A stretch of 26,506 nucleotides of DNA from a virus (taxonomy: Duplodnaviria > Caudoviricetes), in IMG/VR virus record IMGVR_UViG_3300012665_000795, positions 1 to 26,506 of that record; one strand, 5' to 3'. The notes beneath the pieces are model-generated. The model was not told where the DNA came from. It ran no database searches and worked only from the letters and a program-made list of their open reading frames with translations. The translations under genes were made by a program, and so were the position numbers. The first letter of the stretch is position 1. Each line of letters starts with the position of its first letter. Positions 15,444-23,691 of the stretch are shown here, in pieces.

Positions 15444-17822
15444 TCAAACTGCCATTCCTTGAATGAATTGGGAAACTAGTACCCGATTCACTTGCTTCTT
15501 TTTCGCCATTTTCATAAATGCCGTTTTCAGTTTGTGTGATGTTACTTTGCCATCAATTTCAATTTGTTCTTCCTCTGTTTCCAAATCAGCACCACCAGCA
15601 ATCAGGTAGAATGAATTGTAACCAGCAGTATTTGTAATTAAGAATTTTTCTTGTTTGAATTTTTTAATCAATTCTTTTTCTTTATCATATGCACCAACCG
15701 TATTGTTTCTACGCATATCTTCAATTGTAGAGCCATCATCAAAGTGGTAACGATTACGAATGGCATTTTTTGCATGATAATTTCTTGAAGCAAGAATGAA
15801 GAAACCAAACACTTTGGATTTTCCTACAACACGAATCCATTCTAATGCAGACCTCAACAATTCTTCATTGGTGAAATATGAATAATTTTTCTTGTTATCC
15901 ATTTTCATTGCATACTCAAATTTGTTTTTACGGTCACGCACAACAACATTGTATGTACGAACATCAAAACTATAACTGTGGATGCGTTTTACAATTTCAC
16001 TATCAGAATTTTTATATTCATTTTCAACATTATTGTATGCGCTATTATCTGCATCACCATCATGCACAATCACCAAACTGGTCAAGTCAAGGTTATTGGT
16101 TTGACGGAAGTTTTCCATGATTGAACCAACTGCAAAGATAGCCTGAACCAAAGGTGTGTTGGAAAGATTCTCACTTAGAGGACGACCAACACGGTTGCGA
16201 GAATAACCTCTACCGATAGTGTAACTCTGTTTCAACAAAATCATGTTTCGCAAACTTTTTGTAAACTCAACATTGGACATTTTTGAATTCAAGTACTCAC
16301 GCAATTGAACATTAGAAAAACCTAATTCACCAACTTTGTTAGAGAATGAACGATTACTATTATCGTATTCATTATATCTTTCGATATTGCGGTCAATCTT
16401 AAATGTATCGACACAATCAGTAAAACCAAACACACGGAAAGGAATATTCACTTTGCGGCAGAACATGGTAAGAACCAAAATTTGTTCAATTGAACCAGAC
16501 ATATTTTCTGACATAGAACCAGAACAATCAAGCAACAGCACAAGACCATGAGACTTGCCTTTTGGTGTCAACATTACTTTGCGGAAAATGTTGTCATCAA
16601 ACTTATAACCTGCAAGTTTGTTAATGTCAATATCACCAGTATCGGACAGTTTAGATTTACTGAACGCCTTAGCAGCCTTACGCATTTCAAATTCTTTTGC
16701 AAGCAGACCAATATAACGGTCATTCTTGTTTTTGAAATCATTCACCAATTTTTGAGCATAGGCATTATCAAATGCGCCATCAGTAATTTGGTTGGCATAG
16801 TATTCACTCAACAATTCTTGAACACGCTTAGTTGATGTAAATACATTCTTAGCATTTATAGTAGGCACATCCACATAAAGGTATGGTTTGCATTTTGCAT
16901 CAAGCAATGAATTTTCATTCTTGCGGTACGAATCATCTGTTTTACATTCAGGTGAAAACTGGTCACGCTGTGATTCTACCGATTTTTTGAAACGGTCTAA
17001 TTCACTTGTTGGTTCAGTTTCATCTTCTGATTCTTCACCATCTTCGGTACTTTCAGTAGAAGATTTAGATTCATCTTTTTGTTGTTCTGATTCTTCATCA
17101 GATTTTTTAGATTGGTCACTTTGTTGTGGCTGACCATCTTCATCTTCTTCCGTATCATAATCATAATCAGAATCAGATTCATCATAGTCACCATCAGAAT
17201 CATCACCGAACATTTCAAAGTCACGCATTTGGTTTTCCATTTGCATGTCAAACTGTTCATCTTTAGAATAATCAAAAATTTCACCAGTCAAGGCAAGCAC
17301 TTCTTCCCATGTTTCAAGGTTTTGCACCTTAGTAACATAGACCATTTCTTCCGTGGTGAATTTAATATAATCAGCAGTGTATTGTGATTTTGTGTAAAGA
17401 TTCAATCGCTCAATGAATGGCAATTTGTTTACATTTTTATATTGAATACCGAAAAAATCACGGTCAAGTAATTCCTGAAAACCTTTTCTAAAGGAACTTT
17501 TCAGACCTGGAAATTTACGGGTTACTTTTTTCTCAATGCGAGCATCTTCAACAACATTAAGGAATGATTTGAAGTTTTTATCTTTTGTTTTGTCGAGAGC
17601 GGCATCATGCCAACCATCCGCAGGTGTATACAATGCATGGCCAACTTCATGTCCGCCTAAATGGTCGTACATAAAACCAGTCATATCTTGCCAGATTGGC
17701 AAATACAATACACGATTCACGGGGTCAAATTTAGCGGTGTGAATTTTTTGGTGTTCAACCGTAAGATTTTCGCTTGCCATTAGTTTGGTCAAGAGACTTT
17801 TTTGTTCAACTGTAAAACTCAT
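15444..17822 (-). CDS. CobT-like protein: HExxH peptidase-like domain, acidic linker and VWA domain
   Basis: HEVGHALYT, NVVEDARIE, long D/E/S-rich linker, MIDAS DCSGS, NTPL and HDGD. Start moved to ATG 17822, downstream of its promoter. Confidence 0.88.
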   Translation of the reverse strand: MSFTVEQKSLLTKLMASENLTVEHQKIHTAKFDPVNRVLYLPIWQDMTGFMYDHLGGHEVGHALYTPADGWHDAALDKTKDKNFKSFLNVVEDARIEKKVTRKFPGLKSSFRKGFQELLDRDFFGIQYKNVNKLPFIERLNLYTKSQYTADYIKFTTEEMVYVTKVQNLETWEEVLALTGEIFDYSKDEQFDMQMENQMRDFEMFGDDSDGDYDESDSDYDYDTEEDEDGQPQQSDQSKKSDEESEQQKDESKSSTESTEDGEESEDETEPTSELDRFKKSVESQRDQFSPECKTDDSYRKNENSLLDAKCKPYLYVDVPTINAKNVFTSTKRVQELLSEYYANQITDGAFDNAYAQKLVNDFKNKNDRYIGLLAKEFEMRKAAKAFSKSKLSDTGDIDINKLAGYKFDDNIFRKVMLTPKGKSHGLVLLLDCSGSMSENMSGSIEQILVLTMFCRKVNIPFRVFGFTDCVDTFKIDRNIERYNEYDNSNRSFSNKVGELGFSNVQLREYLNSKMSNVEFTKSLRNMILLKQSYTIGRGYSRNRVGRPLSENLSNTPLVQAIFAVGSIMENFRQTNNLDLTSLVIVHDGDADNSAYNNVENEYKNSDSEIVKRIHSYSFDVRTYNVVVRDRKNKFEYAMKMDNKKNYSYFTNEELLRSALEWIRVVGKSKVFGFFILASRNYHAKNAIRNRYHFDDGSTIEDMRRNNTVGAYDKEKELIKKFKQEKFLITNTAGYNSFYLIAGGADLETEEEQIEIDGKVTSHKLKTAFMKMAKKKQVNRVLVSQFIQGMAV

Positions 17823-17850
17823 TCGTTTTCCTATTTCGATGTATAGGTGT

Positions 17851-17902
17851 ATTATAACAGAACCGGACAAGAAGTCAAGCTGTTCGTTGCGTAAAAGCAA
17901 CA
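17851..17902 (-). promoter_or_regulatory. sigma70 promoter with upstream GTTG-N8-CAAC palindrome
   Basis: TTGACT-N16-TATAAT (17851-17878); palindrome at 17885-17902. Confidence 0.75.
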
Positions 17903-17923
17903 GTAATACTTTGGTTTTAAGAA

Positions 17924-17986
17924 TGGAGCGGATATCAGGAGTTAAACCTGACTGCCTATGGGGATAGGTTGTCTCGGACTCTCCGC
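17924..17986 (-). ncRNA. Minimised tRNA-Gly-like RNA (63 nt, encoded CCA)
   Basis: GCGGAGA GTCCGAGAC AA CCTATCCCCATAGG CAG TCAGG TTTAACT CCTGA TATCCGC TCCA: acceptor stem (6 of 7 pairs), U73-CCA, 5-bp T arm with 7-nt loop, CCCC-loop hairpin and vestigial D arm. Confidence 0.75.
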
Positions 17987-17997
17987 ATTAAGTTGAT

Positions 17998-18026
17998 ATT
18001 ATAACAAGTATTTAGTTACTTGTCAA
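17998..18026 (-). promoter_or_regulatory. Perfect-consensus sigma70 promoter for the tRNA-like RNA
   Basis: TTGACA-AGTAACTAAATACTTGT(17)-TATAAT, with extended -10 TG. The -10 box ends 11 nt upstream of the RNA's first G. Confidence 0.9.
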
Positions 18027-18048
18027 GCATTTTTGAGGCAATAGTGAT

Positions 18049-19380
18049 TTATCTACCGATTTGACCAAGGTACTTTGCCTTAGTTTCTTCCCAATTCATA
18101 TAGATTAAATCATCAAGGAACAATGTATCATAGGAAACTTTGTCTTTCTTCTTTAGAAAGCCAATACGACCACGAGCATGTTTCTCTTTCCAAATTTTTA
18201 CAAGTGCTTCATAACTAGAGTCAAACTTTTTAACAAGTTGATTCTCTTTAATCTCACCACGCAAAAACTCATTCGTATTAGTATATAGTTCACTAAAGTA
18301 AATGCCACGAGCATGGTCTGAACGAATCAATTCTTTTGGTATCTTCATCTGTGCATATACAAATTGAAGTGAACGATTCTTATGGTCACGCTTGTATGGT
18401 TGACCTGTTGACTTGGTTGCAATGTACCATTCAAAATATTTTCTTGTATGTTTAACTTTCAACCAATCACGAATCAAATAGATTGTTTCTTTCTCTGGTT
18501 CATATGATACAGAACCTGAGGTGAAACCCATTTTATCCCAGTAATCTAAACCATCATACTGAGATAGACCGCCAGCCTTTGTGTTACCATATAGTGATGT
18601 TGTTGTAACACCAACCATGATATCACCATATTGTTGTTTCCATAATCTCTGTACTTCATCAGACAAACATAGCAATGACAACAACTTGCCGCCAACATAA
18701 TTATAACCAAGTGGTTGTGTTGGCACGATTGATGAACCGATACCAGTGTGATTAATCATACCGCCTTGTGTCTTCAATGTTCTATCCCAACCGATGTGTT
18801 TGTCACGGGGTGTTAAGTCAAGGAAGTCGGATGAAATTGTAACGACACCAAGATACTTACTTGTCTTATTGTCTTTTACAATGAAGTGAAGATTTCGACC
18901 AATGTTACTGTTATTACGACCATTGGTAATGAAACTCTTTAATGCATTACAACGAACAGGCAAGTCCATGTTGCGTTCAATGTTATACGAAACAACAGAA
19001 CCATCAACACCTTTCTTAGTGCCTTTACCTGAATCATCAGTATATTCAAGTACTGGTTCCAAGTCCATGTAGTCTTCTACACTTTCGGGTATCCAAATGT
19101 TACTCTTTGCTTCTGCAATATATCTTGCCTGCACAGGGTCAGCCAAGAATGTTTCTTCTTCACCGAAAAGTGTGTTAACAGTTTCAGTAGGAAACTTAGA
19201 CTTGATTTCATGCCATTTTTGGTAGAGTGTATATTCTTTAACATCCATTGCGGAAACATATGTCAATTCTTTAATCATACGTTCACGCAAAAGATTTTCG
19301 TCAATCACAGGCATCTTATCTTCAGGATTCTCCTCAAGAAACTTAGCCCATTGCACCTCTACATCATCAACTTTTTTCAT
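18049..19380 (-). CDS. DUF4338 (DruA-like) protein, probable Mom-like GNAT fold
   Basis: GRNLHFIVKD...YLGVV.ISS...RDKHIGW, VPTQPLGYNYVGGKLLSLL, TTTSLYG and SQY...W..MGFTSG match my recollection of DUF4338/DruA motifs. Confidence 0.72.
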   Translation of the reverse strand: MKKVDDVEVQWAKFLEENPEDKMPVIDENLLRERMIKELTYVSAMDVKEYTLYQKWHEIKSKFPTETVNTLFGEEETFLADPVQARYIAEAKSNIWIPESVEDYMDLEPVLEYTDDSGKGTKKGVDGSVVSYNIERNMDLPVRCNALKSFITNGRNNSNIGRNLHFIVKDNKTSKYLGVVTISSDFLDLTPRDKHIGWDRTLKTQGGMINHTGIGSSIVPTQPLGYNYVGGKLLSLLCLSDEVQRLWKQQYGDIMVGVTTTSLYGNTKAGGLSQYDGLDYWDKMGFTSGSVSYEPEKETIYLIRDWLKVKHTRKYFEWYIATKSTGQPYKRDHKNRSLQFVYAQMKIPKELIRSDHARGIYFSELYTNTNEFLRGEIKENQLVKKFDSSYEALVKIWKEKHARGRIGFLKKKDKVSYDTLFLDDLIYMNWEETKAKYLGQIGR

Positions 19381-19955
19381 TATTTTCTTCTTACAATTTT
19401 CTTAATCAATTTTGCTTGCTTACGAGTTGCCTGTAAGATAGATGCTGCACCAACATAACTGGTAAACTTAACACCATTCAAATGGTCGAGTTCGTGTAGA
19501 AAACATCTTGCAGTAAGACCATCAAGTTTTACTTGCTTCGTTTCACCATTCTCATCTGTGAATTCAACTTCAACCCACTTTGGTCGTGGGAAGTTAATAA
19601 AGAAAGCAGGGAACGAAAGACAACCTTCGGTATCTTTTACAAGTTCTTCTGATACAGAAATTACTTTTGGGTTGATACATGCCATTTGAAATTGGTCTGT
19701 ACCAATAACAAACACACGTTCTCTTACTGCACATTGATTGGCTGATAAACCCAATCCACTATAAAGTTTCATAGTCATCTTCATGCGTTTGACCAATTCA
19801 GTCATACTTGCATTAGGTAATGTACCAGTAAATTCAGGCATAACTTCTGATAACATCGGAAGTTTATCATCAAACACCTGTAAGGGTTCGACCTGTGGTT
19901 CAGGTTGTTTTACACCTGCCGCAACTGCGGTATCAATTGTTAAAATATCACTCAT
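19380..19955 (-). CDS. def: Peptide deformylase
   Basis: Three PDF motifs: GLGLSANQ, EGCLS and HELDHLNG. Confidence 0.95.
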   Translation of the reverse strand: MSDILTIDTAVAAGVKQPEPQVEPLQVFDDKLPMLSEVMPEFTGTLPNASMTELVKRMKMTMKLYSGLGLSANQCAVRERVFVIGTDQFQMACINPKVISVSEELVKDTEGCLSFPAFFINFPRPKWVEVEFTDENGETKQVKLDGLTARCFLHELDHLNGVKFTSYVGAASILQATRKQAKLIKKIVRRK

Positions 19956-20127
19956 CTTTGTTTACCCAATCTTCTGAATATACTTCTGCATCTTCTTCTG
20001 TTTCAAATCTGGCCGTGTAGTATACACCAGTTGCACTCTTTACTGTGGCAAAGTATCCATCTTTATCCCTGTATACTGTTGCCATTCTATTGTTATTGTC
20101 GCCGTAATAATTACTCAACTCTCTCAT
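19948..20127 (-). CDS. Small hypothetical protein (59 aa)
   Basis: Manual translation MRELSNYYGDNNNRMATVYRDKDGYFATVKSATGVYYTARFETEEDAEVYSEDWVNKDE*. ATGA-coupled to gp46 and overlapping the def start. Confidence 0.7.
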   Translation of the reverse strand: MRELSNYYGDNNNRMATVYRDKDGYFATVKSATGVYYTARFETEEDAEVYSEDWVNKDE

Positions 20128-21836
20128 TTCATTATCCTACTAAAGTTATTTACCTTTTCAAAACGAATCACATTAGCAAACTTATCAACAAGAATATCAC
20201 CTTTGTGTGAGATAACAAACAGATTCACACCTTCAAGCATATGGAGAATCTTCATTAGTTCTTCTGTGCCATTTGTATCAAGGCTTGAATCAAACACTTC
20301 ATCAAGTATCAACAAATTGGTATTAGATGAATTCTTTAACTTGGCAACAGCACGCCATGTTAACATCAATGCCATATCAATTCGTTGTTTTTCACCTTCA
20401 CTAAAATTGTTGTAGGTGAAATCATCACGATGCCTTGACTTGATTGTTTCTTTGAATGATTCATCAAGGTTGAAGTTCACAAAGAAATCTAATGATGCAA
20501 GATACTTGTTCACCAACTTATTGATGATTGGCAAATACTGTTTGATAATTTTTGTTTTGATACCAGTATCTTTCAACAGACCAGAGGCAACTTCATAGTA
20601 TGCCTTCTCATCAATAAGAGTTCTTAAATTACTCTTTAACTCAGTTAATGTATCATTTAATGTCTTTAATTCCAGTTCTTCTTTCTCTGTAGATGCCTTG
20701 TTTGTTTTTAGTTCTTCAACAGATTTTTCTAATCGTGCAATATATTTGTTTGTCTCAACAATAGAAGTGTTCTTGGTTGCAATCTCAATCTGTAATGCCT
20801 GAATTCGTTTTTGAATTTCAGTTATCTCATTCAGTTTAGTTTGCTCTGCCAATAACTTAACTTCTAATTGTGTTAGGCCGTGTTCACATTCTTGAGCCTT
20901 GGTCTGCAAGGTTTGTAACTCCGTTTCCTTAAACTCGGAGGCAATGGCCTGCCTACACGTTGGACAATCATCATTGTGCTCGAAGAAACTAATATCCTTT
21001 CGAAATTTGGATATGTTGCTTTCAATCTGAGATTCAATTTTTGTAAGTTGTTTGACCTTATTCTCAACCAAAGTTTTTTCTGCCACCATGTTTTGATGCG
21101 TTTCGACTTGTGAGGAGAGGTTAGCAATTTCTCCATGTAAGGTTTGTATGGTACTCGTATTGATTCGTATCTCACTAACATATTCAGTCACCTTGTCTTC
21201 ATTGTTTTGTTTCAAACCTTTGATATGTTTATCTTGTAAATCATATCGTTGTTGTGTCAATTCAATTTCAGATTTCTTTTGAATCACCACATCTTTATTA
21301 TTAGACAACCTATCTTTCAACAAACCATTCATGGTCGAAAAGATTTGAATGTCTAACAAGTCTTCAATGATTGCTCTTCTATCGGAAGATGATAGTTGCA
21401 TAAAAGGAACAAATGATGCGGAACCAAGAATTACAATTTGTGTAAATGATTTGTAATTCAGTTTCAGAATAAACTTCTCAAGGTATTCTTGGTAGTCTCT
21501 TGCAGCTGCATCTTGATTCAATAACTCACCATCACAATAGATTTCAAACTTGTTAGGTTTGATACCACGAATAATCTTGTATGCTTTGTTATTGGTTGTA
21601 AATTCGACTTCAACAATACAGTCTTTACTGTTGATTGAATTTAATAGATTTGGCTTGTTGACATTACGAAAGGCCTTACCGAACAAACCAAAACACAATG
21701 CATCAAGCATTGTTGATTTGCCAGAACCATTCTCACCAACAACAAGTGTGTTGGTGTTAGTGTCTAATTTTATTTCAGTAAAGTAATTGCCAGTTGAAAG
21801 TAAGTTCTTCCAACGCACATAACGAAAAGTTATCAT
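20124..21836 (-). CDS. gp46: Recombination endonuclease ATPase subunit gp46 (Rad50/SbcC-like)
   Basis: GENGSGKST, CPTC zinc hook within the coiled coil, FSEGEK signature and LDEVFDSSLD. Confidence 0.97.
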   Translation of the reverse strand: MITFRYVRWKNLLSTGNYFTEIKLDTNTNTLVVGENGSGKSTMLDALCFGLFGKAFRNVNKPNLLNSINSKDCIVEVEFTTNNKAYKIIRGIKPNKFEIYCDGELLNQDAAARDYQEYLEKFILKLNYKSFTQIVILGSASFVPFMQLSSSDRRAIIEDLLDIQIFSTMNGLLKDRLSNNKDVVIQKKSEIELTQQRYDLQDKHIKGLKQNNEDKVTEYVSEIRINTSTIQTLHGEIANLSSQVETHQNMVAEKTLVENKVKQLTKIESQIESNISKFRKDISFFEHNDDCPTCRQAIASEFKETELQTLQTKAQECEHGLTQLEVKLLAEQTKLNEITEIQKRIQALQIEIATKNTSIVETNKYIARLEKSVEELKTNKASTEKEELELKTLNDTLTELKSNLRTLIDEKAYYEVASGLLKDTGIKTKIIKQYLPIINKLVNKYLASLDFFVNFNLDESFKETIKSRHRDDFTYNNFSEGEKQRIDMALMLTWRAVAKLKNSSNTNLLILDEVFDSSLDTNGTEELMKILHMLEGVNLFVISHKGDILVDKFANVIRFEKVNNFSRIMK

Positions 21837-22903
21837 TCAGTAGTTTCTGTATTCAATGCCTCAATGTAGAGTTCTCTCATCAGAGATTTTAGTTTATCAC
21901 TCTCAACATTCAAAGTCAAATTATCAATATATTTTCCAAGTATTGTCATTGTGTCTTCTGCTTGGTCAATAAGTTCTTGGTCATTTTCAATAACGATATC
22001 TGTAAAGTCTTCAACGATTGATATGTCTGACACACCGGCCTTGTACAAGTTATCAACCACAGTATCAAACAAGTAAGGGTTTTGTTTGTTAACAACAATC
22101 ACCTTTACATATGTTTCTTTCAATGCATTATAATCAAATGACTTCCAAAATTCAAAGTCAGTTACCGCATCATCATAAGATAACTTATGGAACATGCGGT
22201 ATGGATTCTGTATGAATTCTAATTCACGGGTATCTGTATCAAAGGTATGAAAACCTCTTGGGTCATTATAGTCAGCCCAAGTCATCTCGCCTGGTGTGCC
22301 AACATAATAGATATGACCATCATTTGATTTATGATGGAAATGTCCTGTCAATACGATATCATACTTGTTTAATGGTTGTTTGTCAATACCACCGTGGCAA
22401 ACATTGCCTCGGTCCATCTCAAACCCATCAATCTCAAAATGCCCAAAACAAATTTGATTTGTACTTGCCTTTATCTTTGCAAAGATTTCATCTTGGTTGT
22501 CTGTACAAAGCCAAGGCACAATATCAATTTCAACACCATCAAATGTTACTGTATCGAATTCATCATAGATTGTGATGTTATCATATTCTTGTAACAACAA
22601 ACTGGTTGAGTTCACCTCAAGTGTATTCTTAAACGCCACATCGTGATTACCTAGTAATGTGTGAAGTGAAATATTGTTGTCTCTGAGTTTATCAAAGAAG
22701 TATTTACGGCACAGGTACAATGAGTTGAAGTTGATAAACTTCCTGCGGTCAAACAAATCACCAAGCTGAAAAACCGTATCAATCTTATTTTCGATTAGAT
22801 ACGGAAAGAATACTTCATCATAGAATTTTTTATAGTAACGGTGAAACTCCAACGAATCACCACGCATACCGAAATGCGTATCACCTAGAATACAAATTTT
22901 CAT
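21833..22903 (-). CDS. gp47: Recombination endonuclease nuclease subunit gp47 (Mre11/SbcD-like)
   Basis: GDTHFG, GDLFD, GNHD and GHFH phosphoesterase motifs. Confidence 0.97.
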   Translation of the reverse strand: MKICILGDTHFGMRGDSLEFHRYYKKFYDEVFFPYLIENKIDTVFQLGDLFDRRKFINFNSLYLCRKYFFDKLRDNNISLHTLLGNHDVAFKNTLEVNSTSLLLQEYDNITIYDEFDTVTFDGVEIDIVPWLCTDNQDEIFAKIKASTNQICFGHFEIDGFEMDRGNVCHGGIDKQPLNKYDIVLTGHFHHKSNDGHIYYVGTPGEMTWADYNDPRGFHTFDTDTRELEFIQNPYRMFHKLSYDDAVTDFEFWKSFDYNALKETYVKVIVVNKQNPYLFDTVVDNLYKAGVSDISIVEDFTDIVIENDQELIDQAEDTMTILGKYIDNLTLNVESDKLKSLMRELYIEALNTETTE

Positions 22904-23079
22904 GCTATCTGTCTTTTGAAACCTTCAATTTCATCTTTAAGTGCCAACTTTTCTTTCTTCAACACCTTAATGATGTGTTCATTACCATGACTCTCAAATG
23001 CCTTAGTTATTCGGGTATCAAGTTCATCGTGTTTATCTTGCAAGTGGGAAATATGATGTTCGATTTTTTCTTTATTCAT
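22900..23079 (-). CDS. DUF465/YdcH-like small coiled-coil protein
   Basis: L.DKHDELDTRI...LKKEKLALKDEI; AAGGAG SD before ATG 23079. Confidence 0.75.
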   Translation of the reverse strand: MNKEKIEHHISHLQDKHDELDTRITKAFESHGNEHIIKVLKKEKLALKDEIEGFKRQIA

Positions 23080-23095
23080 TTGCACTCCTTGTAAT

Positions 23096-23124
23096 AGAAT
23101 AACACAACTTTAGATGTTTGTCAA
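23096..23124 (-). promoter_or_regulatory. sigma70-like promoter for the DUF465-gp47-gp46 unit
   Basis: TTGACA-N17-TATTCT with extended -10 TG. Confidence 0.7.
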
Positions 23125-23673
23125 TGGTTCTTCAGGCAATTCTTCAATAAATTTTTCTAGGCCTTTTGACTTGCCTTCTTTTTTCTTCTTCTTGCCTTCT
23201 TCAAAATTTTGAATGAATTCGGAAATGTTCTCATACAATTCAAACTGTTTCATGTTGCCTTCAGAGTCTTCATACATTTCAAACTCATCAAGTATACCAA
23301 ATTGTTCTGTTGCCTTGTATTTGACATAGAGTTGTTTCTTCTCTTTCATAATACGGCGTAGAAAGGCAAAGTAAATGATTTGGGTGAAGTATGCAAATGG
23401 GTTCTTTGATTTGTCAGGGTCAAAGTTACGGAAATACATTAGGCAGTTTTCAATGCCGTCTGATATCATTTCATCTCGGAAAGAATAAGAAAAGAAGTTA
23501 GGTTTGCGAGACAGGTGCTCTGCAATCTTTAGGAAACATTCTCCAATATAATTTGGAATCTGTGGGTCCTGTTTACCTTCTTCTTTGGCAATCACACAAT
23601 TCTTCTTGTACTCTATAAGAGCCTCTAGAAAGTCTGCGTTGTTCACATAATGTTTTGGTTTCTTATCACTCAT
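23110..23673 (-). CDS. gp55: Late-transcription sigma factor gp55
   Basis: HYVNN..F, YIGECFLKIA..LS.KPNF..Y, EMISDGIENC and NPFAYFTQIIYFAFLRRI.KEKKQ. Confidence 0.97.
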   Translation of the reverse strand: MSDKKPKHYVNNADFLEALIEYKKNCVIAKEEGKQDPQIPNYIGECFLKIAEHLSRKPNFFSYSFRDEMISDGIENCLMYFRNFDPDKSKNPFAYFTQIIYFAFLRRIMKEKKQLYVKYKATEQFGILDEFEMYEDSEGNMKQFELYENISEFIQNFEEGKKKKKEGKSKGLEKFIEELPEEPLTNI

Positions 23674-23691
23674 ATTTGCCTTCTTCTGCTG

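Noticed and set aside
17000-17215. TCA/TCT-rich quasi-repeats as a tandem repeat or CRISPR array
   Set aside because: They reflect Asp/Glu/Ser codons of the acidic linker. I saw no repeat-spacer structure anywhere in the window.
14165-17822. Cobalamin biosynthesis genes
   Set aside because: No CobN or other cob genes in the window. The name reflects MoxR/VWA homology only.
17823-17900. 26-aa N-terminal extension of the CobT-like ORF
   Set aside because: It runs through the gene's own promoter. ATG 17822 with an AGGA SD is the better start. Similar extensions were trimmed for cd, DUF262-HNH, the Tat protein and the uvsW-gp55 hypothetical.
17785-17967. 60-aa plus-strand ORF across the cobT promoter
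   Set aside because: Overlaps the promoter, operator and tRNA-like RNA on the opposite strand, and has no protein-like features.
17924-17986. Canonical decoding tRNA-Gly
   Set aside because: Only 63 nt, with no proper D arm, no 7-nt anticodon loop and no TTC in the T loop, so it is called tRNA-like ncRNA instead.
18049-19380. Complete Druantia defence system
   Set aside because: Only the DruA-like gene is present. There is no DruE helicase or other dru gene, and the context is a lytic phage core.
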